Of a DNA stretch of 64,000 nucleotides, positions 62,852 to 64,000 are shown piece by piece. The DNA is taken from positions 9,692,461 through 9,756,460 of the forward strand of contig CM082596.2 of the NCBI GenBank assembly GCA_040954595.2. The letters run 5' to 3'. This stretch comes from Balanoglossus misakiensis (Eukaryota; Animalia; Hemichordata). How positions within the stretch are numbered: the stretch's first letter is position 1; each line of letters begins with the position of its first letter. The notes below the pieces were generated by a model, which worked only from the letters and a program-made list of their open reading frames with translations, was not told the origin of the DNA and did not search any database. Position numbers and translations under genes: made by a program.

Positions 62852-63415
62852 ATGGAAGAGAATAATCTAACGGGAGATGGGAGTACCTCAGGCTACTGAG
62901 TTCGTTCCCTTCCTCATGTACTTTACTGGGCGTATTTGATGTACTATAATAATTATGGATAATAAATGAACGTGGATCAGGTACGTGTCTCCATGGATCA
63001 CCTGGAAGTGAAATGGTTATTCCAGTGAAAGTGCCGTATAAATATTTTACTGGAGTTTTAGATTTTATTTCTGATAAACGAACACGATTAACGCCGGCTA
63101 TTTTGGCAGCTTAGGTGTTGGCCTATTCGAATAAGAATTTTCTTCCCATGCGAGTTGTAAACACTTTGGATACAGTGGTCAAAATTAAGAAAAACAGTGT
63201 TGTTGGAAAGTTTTCGCCCTTGCCCTGTAATAGTCGAATAATCCCACTCGATAATAATGCCATTAATTGTGTCTCACCTGAAGGGCCCCATACACAGAAA
63301 GAGACGGATTATTTGATGGGTCAATTGAAGCTTAATGAATTAGAGATAACTAAGGCTCAGCGTAAACAGCTTAGAGATGTTTACTGCACAATATAGAAGC
63401 TTTTGTTTCAGGGCA
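62852..63415 (+). mobile_element. Inverted Gypsy fragment: LTR piece (62852-63002) plus pol PR-RT linker
   Basis: 62852-63002 is a diverged inverted copy of 60335-60475; LAYSNKNFLPMRVVNTL..VVGKFSPLP matches the first element's LAYSDKKFIPVRVVNTL..VVGMFSPLP. Confidence 0.8.
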
Positions 63416-64000
63416 AGGGGCTATAATCCACATAAGATCGACCATGACATCAACAAAGCTAAGAACCTAGACAGAAAACAACTCATCAACGCCAACCACT
63501 CGAGCCCCAGACGACACAACCAAAGAATTCCCTTGGTTGTCACCTTCAATCCTGTCCTCCCCAAAATTTCCGACATTCTCACCAAACACTGGCGCATTAT
63601 TTCCAATGACACAGAAATAAACAAGGCCATTAAGGAATTACCAATAACAGCGTACAAACAATCCCCCAACATGAGGAAGATCCTTGTAAGAGCAAACCTG
63701 AAAACCACACCCATCGATCGCACTACTGGCGACACCAAACGATGTGGCAAATGCAACCAATGTCCCTTTATTTCAGAAACAGACACCATCACAAGTACAC
63801 ACACCGGCAAAACCCACAAAGTCATTGGGAACATCAAATGCACTACCCGCAACCTTATCTACATCATAACCTGCCAGAAATGCCTAAAACAATATATAGG
63901 CGAAACAAAAAGAGAATTCAAACGACGCCTATATGAACACATCTACACCATCAAAAATAACAAACCCACCCCTGTCTCAGAACATTTTAACCAACCTGGT
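63414..64000 (+). mobile_element. Penelope-like element C-terminal region with GIY-YIG endonuclease (runs off window)
   Basis: Open frame RGYNP...IPLVVTFNP...CGKCNQC...CTTRNLIYIITCQKCLKQYIGETKREFKRRLYEH...VSEHFN. Confidence 0.9.

Overview
Eukaryotic (animal, probably marine invertebrate; inferred from spliceosomal introns and the element families) AT-rich repeat region with no recognisable host gene. It is a nested stack of mobile elements. A ~500-bp satellite carrying a 29-bp palindrome (~0.9-25.5 kb) hosts an env- and chromodomain-bearing Ty3/Gypsy element (2114-13248, GTGC TSD, rearranged 5' LTR) and a TIR element that itself contains an ISL2EU-type transposon (THAP-DDE + SWIM-YqaJ). Next come a DIRS/Ngaro RT remnant, a CACTA/EnSpm element with a CIDE-N-like second gene, and a Crypton tyrosine-recombinase element bracketed by a repeated 13-mer (TTATCATACATGC). 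The Crypton is invaded by two TTA-TSD Sola3-like elements (one with a SAM-domain gene) and a 9-bp-TSD MITE. Further right are a degraded Academ/DUF6589-like ORF split by an apparently intact second ISL2EU, L2 LINE fragments, a HIRAN-like ORF, an env-less sister Gypsy and a Penelope GIY-YIG fragment. The most interesting signals are the Gypsy env polyprotein architecture, a stop codon at the same position before the chromodomain in both Gypsy relatives, a templated insertion in the 5' LTR, and the candidate Crypton recombination sites. All family and domain calls are from motif recognition by eye; no searches were run.
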